Positions 9,748-23,665 of a stretch of 64,000 nucleotides of DNA are shown here, in pieces. Position numbers and translations under genes: made by a program. This DNA comes from Epithemia pelagica (taxonomy: Eukaryota; Protista; Bacillariophyta): the NCBI GenBank assembly GCA_946965045.2, contig OX337239.1:372001-436000 (forward strand), in the 5' to 3' direction. Below the pieces are notes generated by a model. It made no database searches and was not told the DNA's origin. It saw only the letters and a list, made by a program, of their open reading frames with translations. The first letter of the stretch is position 1. Each line of letters starts with the position of its first letter.

Positions 9748-12700
9748 TTCAACCAAATAATTATGTAAAATTATTTTCATTTTAATAAAATGAAATAAAA
9801 TGATAATCAAAATTAATTATTAATTATTAAAATCATTGATTTTTTATACTATTTTTAGAAATAAAAAACAGACAACCAAAACAGATAAATAAAATCATAG
9901 GTTACTACCTATGATTTATGATTTTTTGTGATTTTGATACCAATTTAAGCCTTATTATATACCGAATTTTGAACCACAAATTTTCAATTTTTTGGCAAAA
10001 TTTTTAAATTTGTGGTTCAAAATTATTTATTAAAATTATATCTTTTCAACCAAATGACCAACTAATTATGCAAAATTGATTTTATTTTAATAAAATGAAA
10101 TAAAATGATAATCAAAATTAATTATTAATTATTAAAATCATTGATTTTTTATACTATTTTTAAAAATAAAAAACGGATAACCAAAACAGATAAATAAAAT
10201 CATAGGTTACTACCTATGATTTATGATTTTTTGTGATTTTGATACTAATTTAAGCCTTATTATATACCGAATTTTGAACCACAAATTTTCAATTTTTAAA
10301 TAAAATTTTCAAATTTGTGGTTCAAAATTATTTATTAAAATTATATCTTTTCAACCAAATGACCAACTAATTATGCAAAATTGATTTTATTTTAATAAAA
10401 TGAAATAAAATAAAATAAAATGATAATCAAAATCAATTATTAATTATTAAAATCATTGATTTTTTATACTATTTTTAAAAATAAAAAACAGACAACCAAA
10501 ACAGATAAATAAAATCATAGGTTACTACCTATGATTTGTGATTTTTTGTGATTTTGATACCAATTTAAGCCTTATTATATACCGAATTTTGAACCACAAA
10601 TTTTCAGTTTTTTGGCAAAATTTTTAAATTTGTGGTTCAAAATTATTTATTAAAATTATATCTTTTCAACCAAATGACCAACTAATTATGCAAAATTGAT
10701 TTTATTTTAATAAAATGAAATAAAATGATAATCAAAATTAATTATTAATTATTAAAATCATTGATTTTTTATACTATTTTTAAAAATAAAAAACGGATAA
10801 CCAAAACAGATAAATAAAATCATAGGTTACTACCTACGATTTATGATTTTTTGTGATTTTGATACTAATTTAAGCCTTATTATATACCGAATTTTGAACC
10901 ACAAATTTTCAATTTTTAAATAAAATTTTCAAATTTGTGGTTCAAAATTATTTATTAAAATTATACCTTTTCAACCAAATGACCAACTAATTATGCAAAA
11001 TTGATTTTATTTTAATAAAATGAAATAAAATGATAATCAAAATCAATTATTAATTATTAAAATCATTGATTTTTTATACTATTTTTAAAAATAAAAAACA
11101 GACAACCAAAACAGATAACTAAAATCATAGGTTACTACCTATGATTTATGATTTTTTGTGATTTTGATACTAATTTAAGCCTTATTATATACCGAATTTT
11201 GAACCACAAATTTTCAATTTTTAAATAAAATTTTCAAATTTGTGGTTCAAAATTATTTATTAAAATTATATCTTTTCAACCAAATGACCAACTAATTATG
11301 CAAAATTGATTTTATTTTAATAAAATGAAATAAAATGAAATAAAATGATAATCAAAATCAATTATTAATTATTAAAATCATTGATTTTTTATACTATTTT
11401 TAAAAATAAAAAACAGACAACCAAAACAGATAAATAAAATCATAGGTTACTACCTATGATTTGTGATTTTTTGTGATTTTGATACCAATTTAAGCCTTAT
11501 TATATACCGAATTTTGAACCACAAATTTTCAATTTTTTGGCAAAATTTTTAAATTTGTGGTTCAAAATTATTTATTAAAATTATATCTTTTCAACCAAAT
11601 GACCAACTAATTATGCAAAATTGATTTTATTTTAATAAAATGAAATAAAATGATAATCAAAATTAATTATTAATTATTAAAATCATTGATTTTTTATACT
11701 ATTTTTAAAAATAAAAAACGGATAACCAAAACAGATAAATAAAATCATAGGTTACTACCTACGATTTATGATTTTTTGTGATTTTGATACTAATTTAAGC
11801 CTTATTATATACCGAATTTTGAACCACAAATTTTCAATTTTTAAATAAAATTTTCAAATTTGTGGTTCAAAATTATTTATTAAAATTATACCTTTTCAAC
11901 CAAATGACCAACTAATTATGCAAAATTAATTTTATTTTAATAAAATGAAATAAAATGAAATAAAATGATAATCAAAATCAATTATTAATTATTAAAATCA
12001 TTGATTTTTTATACTATTTTTAAAAATAAAAAACAGACAACCAAAACAGATAAATAAAATCATAGGTTACTACCTATGATTTGTGATTTTTTGTGATTTT
12101 GATACCAATTTAAGCCTTATTATATACCGAATTTTGAACCACAAATTTTCAATTTTTTGGCAAAATTTTTAAATTTGTGGTTCAAAATTATTTATTAAAA
12201 TTATATCTTTTCAACCAAATGACCAACTAATTATGCAAAATTGATTTTATTTTAATAAAATGAAATAAAATGATAATCAAAATTAATTATTAATTATTAA
12301 AATCATTGATTTTTTATACTATTTTTAAAAATAAAAAACGGATAACCAAAACAGATAAATAAAATCATAGGTTACTACCTACGATTTATGATTTTTTGTG
12401 ATTTTGATACTAATTTAAGCCTTATTATATACCGAATTTTGAACCACAAATCTTCAATTTTTAAATAAAATTTTCAAATTTGTGGTTCAAAATTATTTAT
12501 TAAAATTATACCTTTTCAACCAAATGACCAACTAATTATGCAAAATTGATTTTATTTTAATAAAATGAAATAAAATGAAATAAAATGATAATCAAAATCA
12601 ATTATTAATTATTAAAATCATTGATTTTTTATACTATTTTTAAAAATAAAAAACAGACAACCAAAACAGATAAATAAAATCATAGGTTACTACCTATGAT

Positions 12701-15700
12701 TTGTGATTTTTTGTGATTTTGATACCAATTTAAGCCTTATTATATACCGAATTTTGAACCACAAATTTTCAATTTTTTGGCAAAATTTTTAAATTTGTGG
12801 TTCAAAATTATTTATTAAAATTATATCTTTTCAACCAAATGACCAACTAATTATGCAAAATTGATTTTATTTTAATAAAATGAAATAAAATGATAATCAA
12901 AATTAATTATTAATTATTAAAATCATTGATTTTTTATACTATTTTTAAAAATAAAAAACGGATAACCAAAACAGATAAATAAAATCATAGGTTACTACCT
13001 ACGATTTATGATTTTTTGTGATTTTGATACTAATTTAAGCCTTATTATATACCGAATTTTGAACCACAAATTTTCAATTTTTAAATAAAATTTTCAAATT
13101 TGTGGTTCAAAATTATTTATTAAAATTATACCTTTTCAACCAAATGACCAACTAATTATGCAAAATTGATTTTATTTTAATAAAATGAAATAAAATGATA
13201 ATCAAAATCAATTATTAATTATTAAAATCATTGATTTTTTATACTATTTTTAAAAATAAAAAACAGACAACCAAAACAGATAACTAAAATCATAGGTTAC
13301 TACCTATGATTTGTGATTTTTTGTGATTTTGATACTAATTTAAGCCTTATTATATACCGAATTTTGAACCACAAATTTTCAATTTTTAAATAAAATTTTC
13401 AAATTTGTGGTTCAAAATTATTTATTAAAATTATATCTTTTCAACCAAATGACCAACTAATTATGCAAAATTGATTTTATTTTAATAAAATGAAATAAAA
13501 TGATAATCAAAATTAATTATTAATTATTAAAATCATTGATTTTTTATACTATTTTTAAAAATAAAAAACGGATAACCAAAACAGATAAATAAAATCATAG
13601 GTTACTACCTATGATTTATGATTTTTTGTGATTTTGATACTAATTTAAGCCTTATTATATACCGAATTTTGAACCACAAATTTTCAATTTTTAAATAAAA
13701 TTTTCAAATTTGTGGTTCAAAATTATTTATTAAAATTATATCTTTTCAACCAAATGACCAACTAATTATGCAAAATTGATTTTATTTTAATAAAATGAAA
13801 TAAAATGATAATCAAAATTAATTATTAATTATTAAAATCATTGATTTTTTATACTATTTTTAAAAATAAAAAACAGACAACCAAAACAGATAAATAAAAT
13901 CATAGGTTACTACCTATGATTTGTGATTTTCTGTGATTTTGATACCAATTTAAGCCTTATTATATACCGAATTTTGAACCACAAATTTTCAATTTTTTGG
14001 CAAAATTTTTAAATTTGTGGTTCAAAATTATTTATTAAAATTATATCTTTTCAACCAAATGACCAACTAATTATGCAAAATTGATTTTATTTTAATAAAA
14101 TGAAATAAAATGATAATCAAAATTAATTATTAATTATTAAAATCATTGATTTTTTATACTATTTTTAAAAATAAAAAACGGATAACCAAAACAGATAAAT
14201 AAAATCATAGGTTACTACCTATGATTTATGATTTTTTGTGATTTTGATACTAATTTAAGCCTTATTATATACCGAATTTTGAACCACAAATTTTCAATTT
14301 TTAAATAAAATTTTCAAATTTGTGGTTCAAAATTATTTATTAAAATTATATCTTTTCAACCAAATGACCAACTAATTATGCAAAATTGATTTTATTTTAA
14401 TAAAATGAAATAAAATGAAATAAAATGATAATCAAAATCAATTATTAATTATTAAAATCATTGATTTTTTATACTATTTTTAAAAATAAAAAACAGACAA
14501 CCAAAACAGATAAATAAAATCATAGGTTACTACCTATGATTTGTGATTTTTTGTGATTTTGATACCAATTTAAGCCTTATTATATACCGAATTTTGAACC
14601 ACAAATTTTCAATTTTTTGGCAAAATTTTTAAATTTGTGGTTCAAAATTATTTATTAAAATTATATCTTTTCAACCAAATGACCAACTAATTATGCAAAA
14701 TTGATTTTATTTTAATAAAATGAAATAAAATGATAATCAAAATTAATTATTAATTATTAAAATCATTGATTTTTTATACTATTTTTAAAAATAAAAAACG
14801 GATAACCAAAACAGATAAATAAAATCATAGGTTACTACCTACGATTTATGATTTTTTGTGATTTTGATACTAATTTAAGCCTTATTATATACCGAATTTT
14901 GAACCACAAATTTTCAATTTTTAAATAAAATTTTCAAATTTGTGGTTCAAAATTATTTATTAAAATTATACCTTTTCAACCAAATGACCAACTAATTATG
15001 CAAAATTGATTTTATTTTAATAAAATGAAATAAAATGAAATAAAATGATAATCAAAATCAATTATTAATTATTAAAATCATTGATTTTTTATACTATTTC
15101 TAAAAATAAAAAACAGACAACCAAAACAGATAAATAAAATCATAGGTTACTACCTATGATTTGTGATTTTTTGTGATTTTGATACCAATTTAAGCCTTAT
15201 TATATACCGAATTTTGAACCACAAATTTTCAATTTTTTGGCAAAATTTTTAAATTTGTGGTTCAAAATTATTTATTAAAATTATATCTTTTCAACCAAAT
15301 GACCAACTAATTATGCAAAATTGATTTTATTTTAATAAAATGAAATAAAATGATAATCAAAATTAATTATTAATTATTAAAATCATTGATTTTTTATACT
15401 ATTTTTAAAAATAAAAAACGGATAACCAAAACAGATAAATAAAATCATAGGTTACTACCTACGATTTATGATTTTTTGTGATTTTGATACTAATTTAAGC
15501 CTTATTATATACCGAATTTTGAACCACAAATCTTCAATTTTTAAATAAAATTTTCAAATTTGTGGTTCAAAATTATTTATTAAAATTATACCTTTTCAAC
15601 CAAATGACCAACTAATTATGCAAAATTGATTTTATTTTAATAAAATGAAATAAAATGAAATAAAATGATAATCAAAATCAATTATTAATTATTAAAATCA

Positions 15701-16557
15701 TTGATTTTTTATACTATTTTTAAAAATAAAAAACAGACAACCAAAACAGATAAATAAAATCATAGGTTACTACCTATGATTTGTGATTTTTTGTGATTTT
15801 GATACCAATTTAAGCCTTATTATATACCGAATTTTGAACCACAAATTTTCAATTTTTTGGCAAAATTTTTAAATTTGTGGTTCAAAATTATTTATTAAAA
15901 TTATATCTTTTCAACCAAATGACCAACTAATTATGCAAAATTGATTTTATTTTAATAAAATGAAATAAAATGATAATCAAAATTAATTATTAATTATTAA
16001 AATCATTGATTTTTTATACTATTTTTAAAAATAAAAATCGGATAACCAAAACAGATAAATAAAATCATAGGTTACTACCTACGATTTATGATTTTTTGTG
16101 ATTTTGATACTAATTTAAGCCTTATTATATACCGAATTTTGAACCACAAATTTTCAATTTTTAAATAAAATTTTCAAATTTGTGGTTCAAAATTATTTAT
16201 TAAAATTATACCTTTTCAACCAAATGACCAACTAATTATGCAAAATTGATTTTATTTTAATAAAATGAAATAAAATGATAATCAAAATCAATTATTAATT
16301 ATTAAAATCATTGATTTTTTATACTATTTTTAAAAATAAAAAACAGACAACCAAAACAGATAACTAAAATCATAGGTTACTACCTATGATTTGTGATTTT
16401 TTGTGACTTTGATACCAATTTAAGCCTTATTATATACCGAATTTTGAACTACAAATTTTCAATTTTTAAATAAAATTTTCAAATTTGTGGTTCAAAATTA
16501 TTTATTAAAATTATATCTTTTCAACCAAATGACCAAAAAATTATGCAAAATTGATTT
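9748..16557 (+). repeat. Tandem array 1 of the ~305-bp AT-rich double-hairpin unit (~22 copies)
   Basis: AAAATCATAGG recurs at 9891, 10196, 10511, 10816 and onward (305 or 315 bp, the latter with an extra TAAAATGAAA). Each unit holds the inverted repeats AAATCATAGGT-tact-ACCTATGATTT and AATTTTGAACCACAAATT...AATTTGTGGTTCAAAATT. Confidence 0.97.
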
Positions 16558-19385
16558 ATTATATTGTTAGTTTTTTAAAGCATTTTAATTTATTAAACTT
16601 TAAACCTATTAAAATAATAGTTTATTATTTATACTAAAAAATTATAATTAAAGGAAAATTTCCCACATATTTTTATGGTTATTTTTTATAAGTTTAACTA
16701 ATCAGCGATTACATTTGGTAATATAGCTGAATCATCATTTACTTATTGAATTTGGTCCTTTCGTACTAAAATTTAAGCCTCTTAATTTTTTTATCAATTG
16801 TGAAAGATAAGGACCAAACTGTCTTACGACGTTTTGAACTCAGATCATGTACCCCTTTAATTGACGAACAGTCAAACCCTTGGAAACAAATGCATTTCCA
16901 GGATGGGATAATCCAACATCGAGGTATTAAGCAATTTTGTTGATAAGGAGCTCGCAAAAATTATTAACCTGTTATCCCCAGAGTACCTTTTATTCGTTAA
17001 GCAATCAGCATACCATTTTGAATGATTGGATCATTATAATCGATTAATTAAAATCCCTGTTTAATTGGTTAATTTTACAGTCAATTAATTTATATTAACT
17101 ATTATATTTTTGTGTGAAATTAATTTTATACACCCCCGTTACATTTTAGGAGGCCACCGCCCCAGTCAAACTACCAATTAAATAAATATTTTTTATATAA
17201 TTTGTTAAAAATTAGTTAAAATAAAATTTCATAAGTGGTATTCCATACTAGTTAAAAATATTTTATTGTACAATAATAAAAATTTAATACCAATTATAAT
17301 TATTAGTGCTTATTAATGTTGATAAAATAAGCATCAATAAATTAACAAATTAATAATAACAAAACCACCTATCCTTTATACAAAATTTTTATTAACAGTA
17401 TTTAATTATAGTAAAGGTTCATGGGGTCTTTCCGTCTTTTCATAATTGTTTTGTATTTGCACAAAAATTATAAGTTCATTATATTTATATTAAAGACAGT
17501 TAAACAGTCGTTATGCCATTCATGCAGGACACCAATAAAATGCCAAGGAATTTCGCTACCTTTGAACTGTCAAAATTACAGCTGCCGTTTACGATAGTTT
17601 GAAATATTAACAAAATAATGTTAGTACTCTTTGATCTGATTCGCACTGGGCAGGCATCAGTCCTTATACTAGTTTTTACAAATTCGCAAGGACCTAAGTT
17701 TTTGTTAAACAGGCGCTGTTTTTGTTTTTATAAATTATAATAAATACTTTAATTTATTTATTATTTATTGACCTTTTAACCAAAGTTATAAGGCTTTTTT
17801 GCCGAGTTCCTTTAATATAATTTTTATAAACATTTTTATATACTAAATAAATTCACCAGTGTCGGTCATGTACGGTTATAAAGCAAAGCTTTATAAAATT
17901 AATTTTTTCCTGAATATTTTTATTAATATTTTATTATAAACCAGTAAATATATTATTAGTTTAAATATTGTCATTAATTTAATAATAATGAATTTAACTA
18001 ATATTTACCCATTAAAAATAAAACTGTCGTTATTTTTTTAGGGTCCGATTTACAACCAAAAATTAATTTTTTGGAACCTGTGAACTAATAAATGATAATG
18101 ATTTTTATTTATTATTTAAAATTACTAATATTAATATTATCAATCCTGATAAAAATTTATATTACTATAAAAAAAATTCCAACTATTACTTAACAGGACG
18201 TTTTGCTACCATTTAATATTATTTATAATTAAGTAATATATTAAATTTAAAGTTTCGGTATTAAATAATTTAAATTTTATTAATTATAAATATTCAAAAT
18301 TTAATTTAGTGAACATTTACGTACTCTTTAAATGATCGCTGGTTCCAAGCATACATACAAAATTTTTTAATTTTTGATTATTTTTTAATAAATTACTTTT
18401 GAAAACCTTAACTATTAATATGGGCTGTTTCCCTTTAAACAAATTTGAACCTTAGCATTCAATGTTTGACTATTAAAAAATTTTGGTTAAAATTCACAGT
18501 TTAAATAAACTTCGTAAAATATTAATTTCCGTTGTTTATTAATAGCGTTACCTTTAACATAATTTTTTTAATGCTATACTAAAATATATTTCGCAAAAAA
18601 CCAGCTATTTCCGAGTTTGATTAGCATTTCACCACTAACCATAAATCATCCCAACATTTTGCCACATGTACGGGTTCGACCTTCCAATAATTTAAAAATT
18701 AATTTTTAGTCTGTTTATGGTTAAATCACTCGGTTTCGGGTAATTATTTTAAAAACTTAAATATGCTTTGCTTTTTAAAACTTAATTTTTTTTAGCTTTT
18801 GTATATAATATTTAATTCAAGCTTGCTTTTAAAATAAACTTATTAATCCATTATTCAAAAGGTACTTTATTGTTTTTAAAATTAAACTATAAAAATTTAT
18901 TTACATCAAATTTTAATTGTTACAATTTCGAAAAAGCTATTCACCAAATTTCCTTTACAGTACTAAATATGCTATATAATATTAAAACTTTAAATTGTAA
19001 GGTTAGTTCCTTATTTTAACAATACAATAAATTATTGTTATGTTTTTAATTTAATTTTTATATTTTTACAGGGCTATCCTTTTTTAGCTTAAAATTAAAA
19101 TAAATAAAAGTAAATTAGTATTTTGTTTATTTTTGTTCACAACTAATAATAAACTCTCGCTTGATTTTAATTATTTTAGTTACTAGGATGTTTCGGTTCA
19201 CTAAATTTATTTTTATTTTATTTATAAAAAACTTAAATATAAAATAAGTTATTTTTTAATGGTCGATAATATTTAAATTTAACTTGATTATGTTTGTTAT
19301 AAATATATTTCGTTTTTATACGTCGATATTATGTTTTAATATAAAGGTTATTATTTGATGCATTTTAGAAATAATTTTATTTAAT
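16558..19385 (-). rRNA. rnl: Mitochondrial large subunit rRNA (ends approximate)
   Basis: Conserved LSU motifs on the plus strand as reverse complement, e.g. AAACTGTCTTACGACG, CCAACATCGAGGT, GGAATTTCGCTACC, GAGTTTGATTAGCATTTCACC. No intron evident. Confidence 0.95.
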
Positions 19386-19392
19386 ATAAAAT

Positions 19393-19466
19393 GATGAATT
19401 ATAGGACTTGAACCTATAAAAATAAAACCACAATTTATTATTTTAACCAATTAAATTAAATTCATC
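19393..19466 (-). tRNA. trnH: tRNA-His(GUG)
   Basis: Cloverleaf with anticodon arm ATAAA-TTGTGGT-TTTAT; encoded G-1 pairs with C73. Confidence 0.9.
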
Positions 19467-19473
19467 AAGTTAT

Positions 19474-21450
19474 TTATAAAAATAGTAGTATTAATATGTT
19501 TATAAATAATAAATTAATATTAATATTAGTAATATGTACTATTTGATACAGTATAAATATAAAGCCGATTAATTTACTCCACAATAAACTATTAAAATAA
19601 TTTAATTGTATATTATTATAAACGTTACTCAACTGTAAAGCATTAAATGAAATTCCATTAGGCCCCAGTAGTTCAAAAATTCCTTTATCAATAAATTTAT
19701 AACTTATTGAATAACCAAATTTAAAAAACCATTGTCCTAATATGTCGTTGTATATTTTATCATAATACCATTTTCGATTTAAAAAATTGTATATTTTTAA
19801 ATTAGTTGGAATTAATTTTACTTGAACTAATACTTTAGTATAATTAAAATATAAGTAAAACGCTAAAAAAGCTCCTAATAAACTTAAACATGTTGGTGCT
19901 ACTTTATGTGAAATTAAAATGAATTCTGCATCAAAAATATTAAATAACTTTAAATTAATAAATATTGTATTGTTAAAAAAATTATTACCAAAACCAGTTA
20001 TCAAGTCCTTACTATAATAGCCAATAATTATACTTGGTATAATTAAAATACTTAAAACAAATTTTATATTAAAATTTGACTCAATAGCATAGCCTAAAAT
20101 ATTTTTAAAACCGTTCGGCTTTGATAAAAAAACTAAAAAAATTGCTCGAAATGAATAATACGCGGTGATAAAAGCACCAATACTACCTATTACAAAACTA
20201 TAAGTACCTAATAAATTGTATTTTGCAAAGGTACACTCTAAAATAAAATCCTTAGAGTAAAAACCTGTTAAATAAGGGAATCCTATTAATGCTAACGAGC
20301 CAATAAGCGTACTTTTATAAGTAAATGGTAATTGAATTTTAAGTCCTCCCATTTTCCGAATATCCTGTTCATCATTAATTGAATGAATAGTTGATCCAGA
20401 GCTCAAAAACAAAAGTGCTTTGAAAAATGCATGATTTGTTAAATGAAATAAACTAATGAAATAATCACTTAAGCCATTTGTAAATATCATATAACCTAAT
20501 TGACTACAAGTGGAATAGGCTATTATTTTTTTTGTATCATTTTGTGTCAAACCAACTAATGCGCTTATCGATGAAGTTAAAATGCCAACTATTACAATTA
20601 AATTTAATATTTTATTTGTATTTTCAAATAAAAATGATAAACGAATTAATAAAAAAACTCCAGCGGTTACCATAGTAGCTGCGTGAATTAAAGCTGAAAC
20701 TGGGGTTGGTCCTTCCATAGCATCCGGCAGCCAAGTATGCAGCCCTAATTGTGCTGATTTACCTACAGCACCAATAAATAATAACAAACAAATAATATTA
20801 AAAATATGTATATCAAATATTATTTGTTTATTTGTCTTAAATAAACAAATAAGTAAACTTAAAGCATCATAATTTAATGTTTTAAAAGTTATAAAAATAA
20901 ATAAAATGGCCCCTAATAATCCAAAATCACCTATCCGATTTATAAGCATGGCTTTTATAGCTGCTTTATTAGCTTGAATTCGAATAAACCAAAAATTAAT
21001 TAATAAATATGAACATAAACCAACACCTTCCCATCCAATAAACATTTGAATTAAATCATTACTTGTAATTAATAATAACATAAAAAATGTAAATAATGAT
21101 AAATATGCAATAAATTTTGATAAAAAAGGATCATGGCCCATATATTCAATCGAATAAAAATGAACTAAAAATGAAATAAATACAATAATAAAACACATTG
21201 TAATTGTTAAACTATCAAAAACAAAACACCAATAAATATTTAAAAATTCGGAATCGATCCAATAAAATAAATCAATAAATATAGGAGCCTTATATAATAT
21301 AATTTCGAAATAAATATTTACTACTAATAATAAACACGTCAGTAAACAAAAAATAGCTAATTTTGTAGAGCCTAAAAAGCCTAAATATTTGCCAAATAAA
21401 CCAACAAATAAGGAACTAATTAATGGTAATATTAATATTAATAAACACAT
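19474..21450 (-). CDS. nad5: NADH dehydrogenase subunit 5
   Basis: 658 aa; GWEGVGLCSYLLINFW, WLPDAMEGPTPVSALIHAATMV. Confidence 0.98.
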   Translation of the reverse strand: MCLLILILPLISSLFVGLFGKYLGFLGSTKLAIFCLLTCLLLVVNIYFEIILYKAPIFIDLFYWIDSEFLNIYWCFVFDSLTITMCFIIVFISFLVHFYSIEYMGHDPFLSKFIAYLSLFTFFMLLLITSNDLIQMFIGWEGVGLCSYLLINFWFIRIQANKAAIKAMLINRIGDFGLLGAILFIFITFKTLNYDALSLLICLFKTNKQIIFDIHIFNIICLLLFIGAVGKSAQLGLHTWLPDAMEGPTPVSALIHAATMVTAGVFLLIRLSFLFENTNKILNLIVIVGILTSSISALVGLTQNDTKKIIAYSTCSQLGYMIFTNGLSDYFISLFHLTNHAFFKALLFLSSGSTIHSINDEQDIRKMGGLKIQLPFTYKSTLIGSLALIGFPYLTGFYSKDFILECTFAKYNLLGTYSFVIGSIGAFITAYYSFRAIFLVFLSKPNGFKNILGYAIESNFNIKFVLSILIIPSIIIGYYSKDLITGFGNNFFNNTIFINLKLFNIFDAEFILISHKVAPTCLSLLGAFLAFYLYFNYTKVLVQVKLIPTNLKIYNFLNRKWYYDKIYNDILGQWFFKFGYSISYKFIDKGIFELLGPNGISFNALQLSNVYNNIQLNYFNSLLWSKLIGFIFILYQIVHITNININLLFINILILLFL

Positions 21451-21455
21451 TTAAT

Positions 21456-21547
21456 TGGAAAAAATAGGATTCGAACCTATGATATAATAATATTGTTATT
21501 ATACAAAATTTAGCAAATTTTTGTTATAACCACTCAACCATTTTTCC
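21456..21547 (-). tRNA. trnS: tRNA-Ser(GCU)
   Basis: Acceptor GGAAAAA/TTTTTCC, anticodon arm AAAAT-TTGCTAA-ATTTT, long variable arm. Confidence 0.9.
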
Positions 21548-21999
21548 TTATCACTAAATATTTGTTTGATTATAAATTTTAACTCACTACTATTTATTGT
21601 TTTAAATTTTAATACTATATTTAAAAGTATAGTATTTTTTTTTAAGTTGGAGTTTTCATAATAAATTAAATTTTCACTATAAATATAATTATTATTTATA
21701 AACTGTTTATTTTTATATATTACTGCATTAATAATAAATTTGTTTAAATAAGCATATAAATCAAATTTTTTAAAAACTATTTTTAAATGAAATGGTGTTC
21801 CACTTTTTAGCTTTAATATGACTTTTTTTTCATAGTTGTAAAATATATTTAGCATAAATAAATTATTTATTAAATCATTAAATGTTACTACATTTAATAT
21901 CAATACAAATTTATTGATCACTGGAATTTTTGTTATTAATAAATAATTATATTTATTTAAAAAATCGTAAGTTAATACCTTATAAAAGTGTTTTAGCAT
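21499..21999 (-). CDS. rpl5: Ribosomal protein L5 (C-terminus reads into trnS)
   Basis: MLKHFYKVLTYDFLNKY...KIPVINKFVL...YAYLNKFI resembles diatom mitochondrial rpl5. ATG at 21999; the ORF-track start at 22062 lies inside trnD. Confidence 0.7.
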   Translation of the reverse strand: MLKHFYKVLTYDFLNKYNYLLITKIPVINKFVLILNVVTFNDLINNLFMLNIFYNYEKKVILKLKSGTPFHLKIVFKKFDLYAYLNKFIINAVIYKNKQFINNNYIYSENLIYYENSNLKKNTILLNIVLKFKTINSSELKFIIKQIFSDKEKWLSGYNKNLLNFV

Positions 22000-22012
22000 A
22001 ATATGGTAATAT

Positions 22013-22087
22013 CGAAAATAATGGGACTTGAACCCACAATCTATAACATGACAAGTTATCACTTTAACCGATTTAAGTTATATTTTC
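22013..22087 (-). tRNA. trnD: tRNA-Asp(GUC)
   Basis: Acceptor GAAAATA/TATTTTC, anticodon arm ATAAC-TTGTCAT-GTTAT, G73. Confidence 0.92.
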
Positions 22088-22112
22088 AAACAATATTGAT
22101 TAACTGATTAAC

Positions 22113-23573
22113 CGTTTTATTTTTCCAACCGCACGCTCACGTACGATTACCTTGTTACGACTTCATACAAATCACAAATTTTTTAATAAATATAAATTTA
22201 TAATAGTTATATTTTCAAACAAAATAAATTTTTTGCATGTGACGGGCGGTATGTACAAAACTAAAGATATTATTCACCATAACATGCTGATTTATGATTA
22301 CTTGTGATTCCAACTTCATATAATCAAGTTTCAGATTATAATTAGTACTGAAAAAATTTTTAAAATTAAAATAAACATATGTTTTATTAATTTTTTGTAA
22401 TTTTTATTGTAATACGTGTGTTGCCCAATTTATTAGGGTCACAATGACTTGTTATAATCCTTATTTATTTAATTTGTTATTAATTATAAGTTAAATTTTA
22501 TGATAATTTATTATTTTTAACAATAAGGGTTTCGTCCGTTAAAAGGATTTAACCAAACATTTCACAAAACGGACTTACAACAGCCGTGCAGCACCTGTAT
22601 TTACAAGACCAAAGATATGCTAATTATTTTTTGGTATTATAAATATTCAAAAATTGGTAAGGTTTTACGTGTATTGTCGTATTAAACCACATATTCCACC
22701 ACTAAAGTTAGCTCCCGTCAGTTTCTTTGAATTTAAATAATAAAATTTTAATTTTCAGGTAAAATACTTATTGCGTTAGCTTAAAATTTAAAATAAAATA
22801 CTGAAAACTTATTTTAAATTATAGTATTCATAATTTACAAAATGGATTACCGGGGTATCTAATCCCGTTTACTACCCAAATTTTCGTATAACAATGTCAG
22901 TTTTTACTAAAAAACAGTTTTCACAATTGATGTTCCTTTATATATTATAAAATTTTATTTTTACGTATAAAATTCCATTTTTCGGAAAAAAACTCAAGTA
23001 AATTTAATTATTATAAAAATTTTTAAAATAACTATTTAAAATTTATATTATAATTTCAAATTACCATTTTTATACTTTTACACCTAATAAATACGAATAA
23101 CGCTGGCCCCATTCGTATTACCGCGACTGCTGGCACGAATATTTGTCGGGACTACTAATTATCAAAATCATTATGATTTTAATAAATTTAAATTTTACAA
23201 CTATAAAAGCAGTCATCATATATTAAATTTCACTGGATCAAATTTTCATTCATTGTCCAATATTCCCCACTGCTGACTTATAAAGTCTGAAACTTTTTAT
23301 TTCCAGTGTGACTGATATTTCGTTAAAAACAGTTAAATATAATTGGCTTGGTAAGCTATTAACTATTACCAACTACCTAATATTAAATAAATTAATTTTT
23401 TAGCAAATTATTTTTTAACTAAATAAATTTTTTTGAATATTTTATATTTCATAAAGCTAAAAAGTATCAATTCATTTTGTACTCACCTGTACGCTACAAA
23501 ATAAATTGTTAAACTAGCATGTGTTAAGTGAATTTATAGCGTTCATTCAAAGCCAGAATAAAACTTATTAAAA
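22113..23573 (-). rRNA. rns: Mitochondrial small subunit rRNA (ends approximate)
   Basis: Reverse-complement SSU motifs TCCAACCGCA, TACCTTGTTACGACTT, GTATTACCGCGACTGCTGGCAC, GACGGGCGGT, AGCCAGAATAAAACT. Confidence 0.96.
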
Positions 23574-23665
23574 AATTAATATAAATTATTGAAATAATTT
23601 ATTTTATTTGGTTATACTAAAATCTATCAATGAAATCAATTATTGTTTCGTTTTAATATTGTTAC

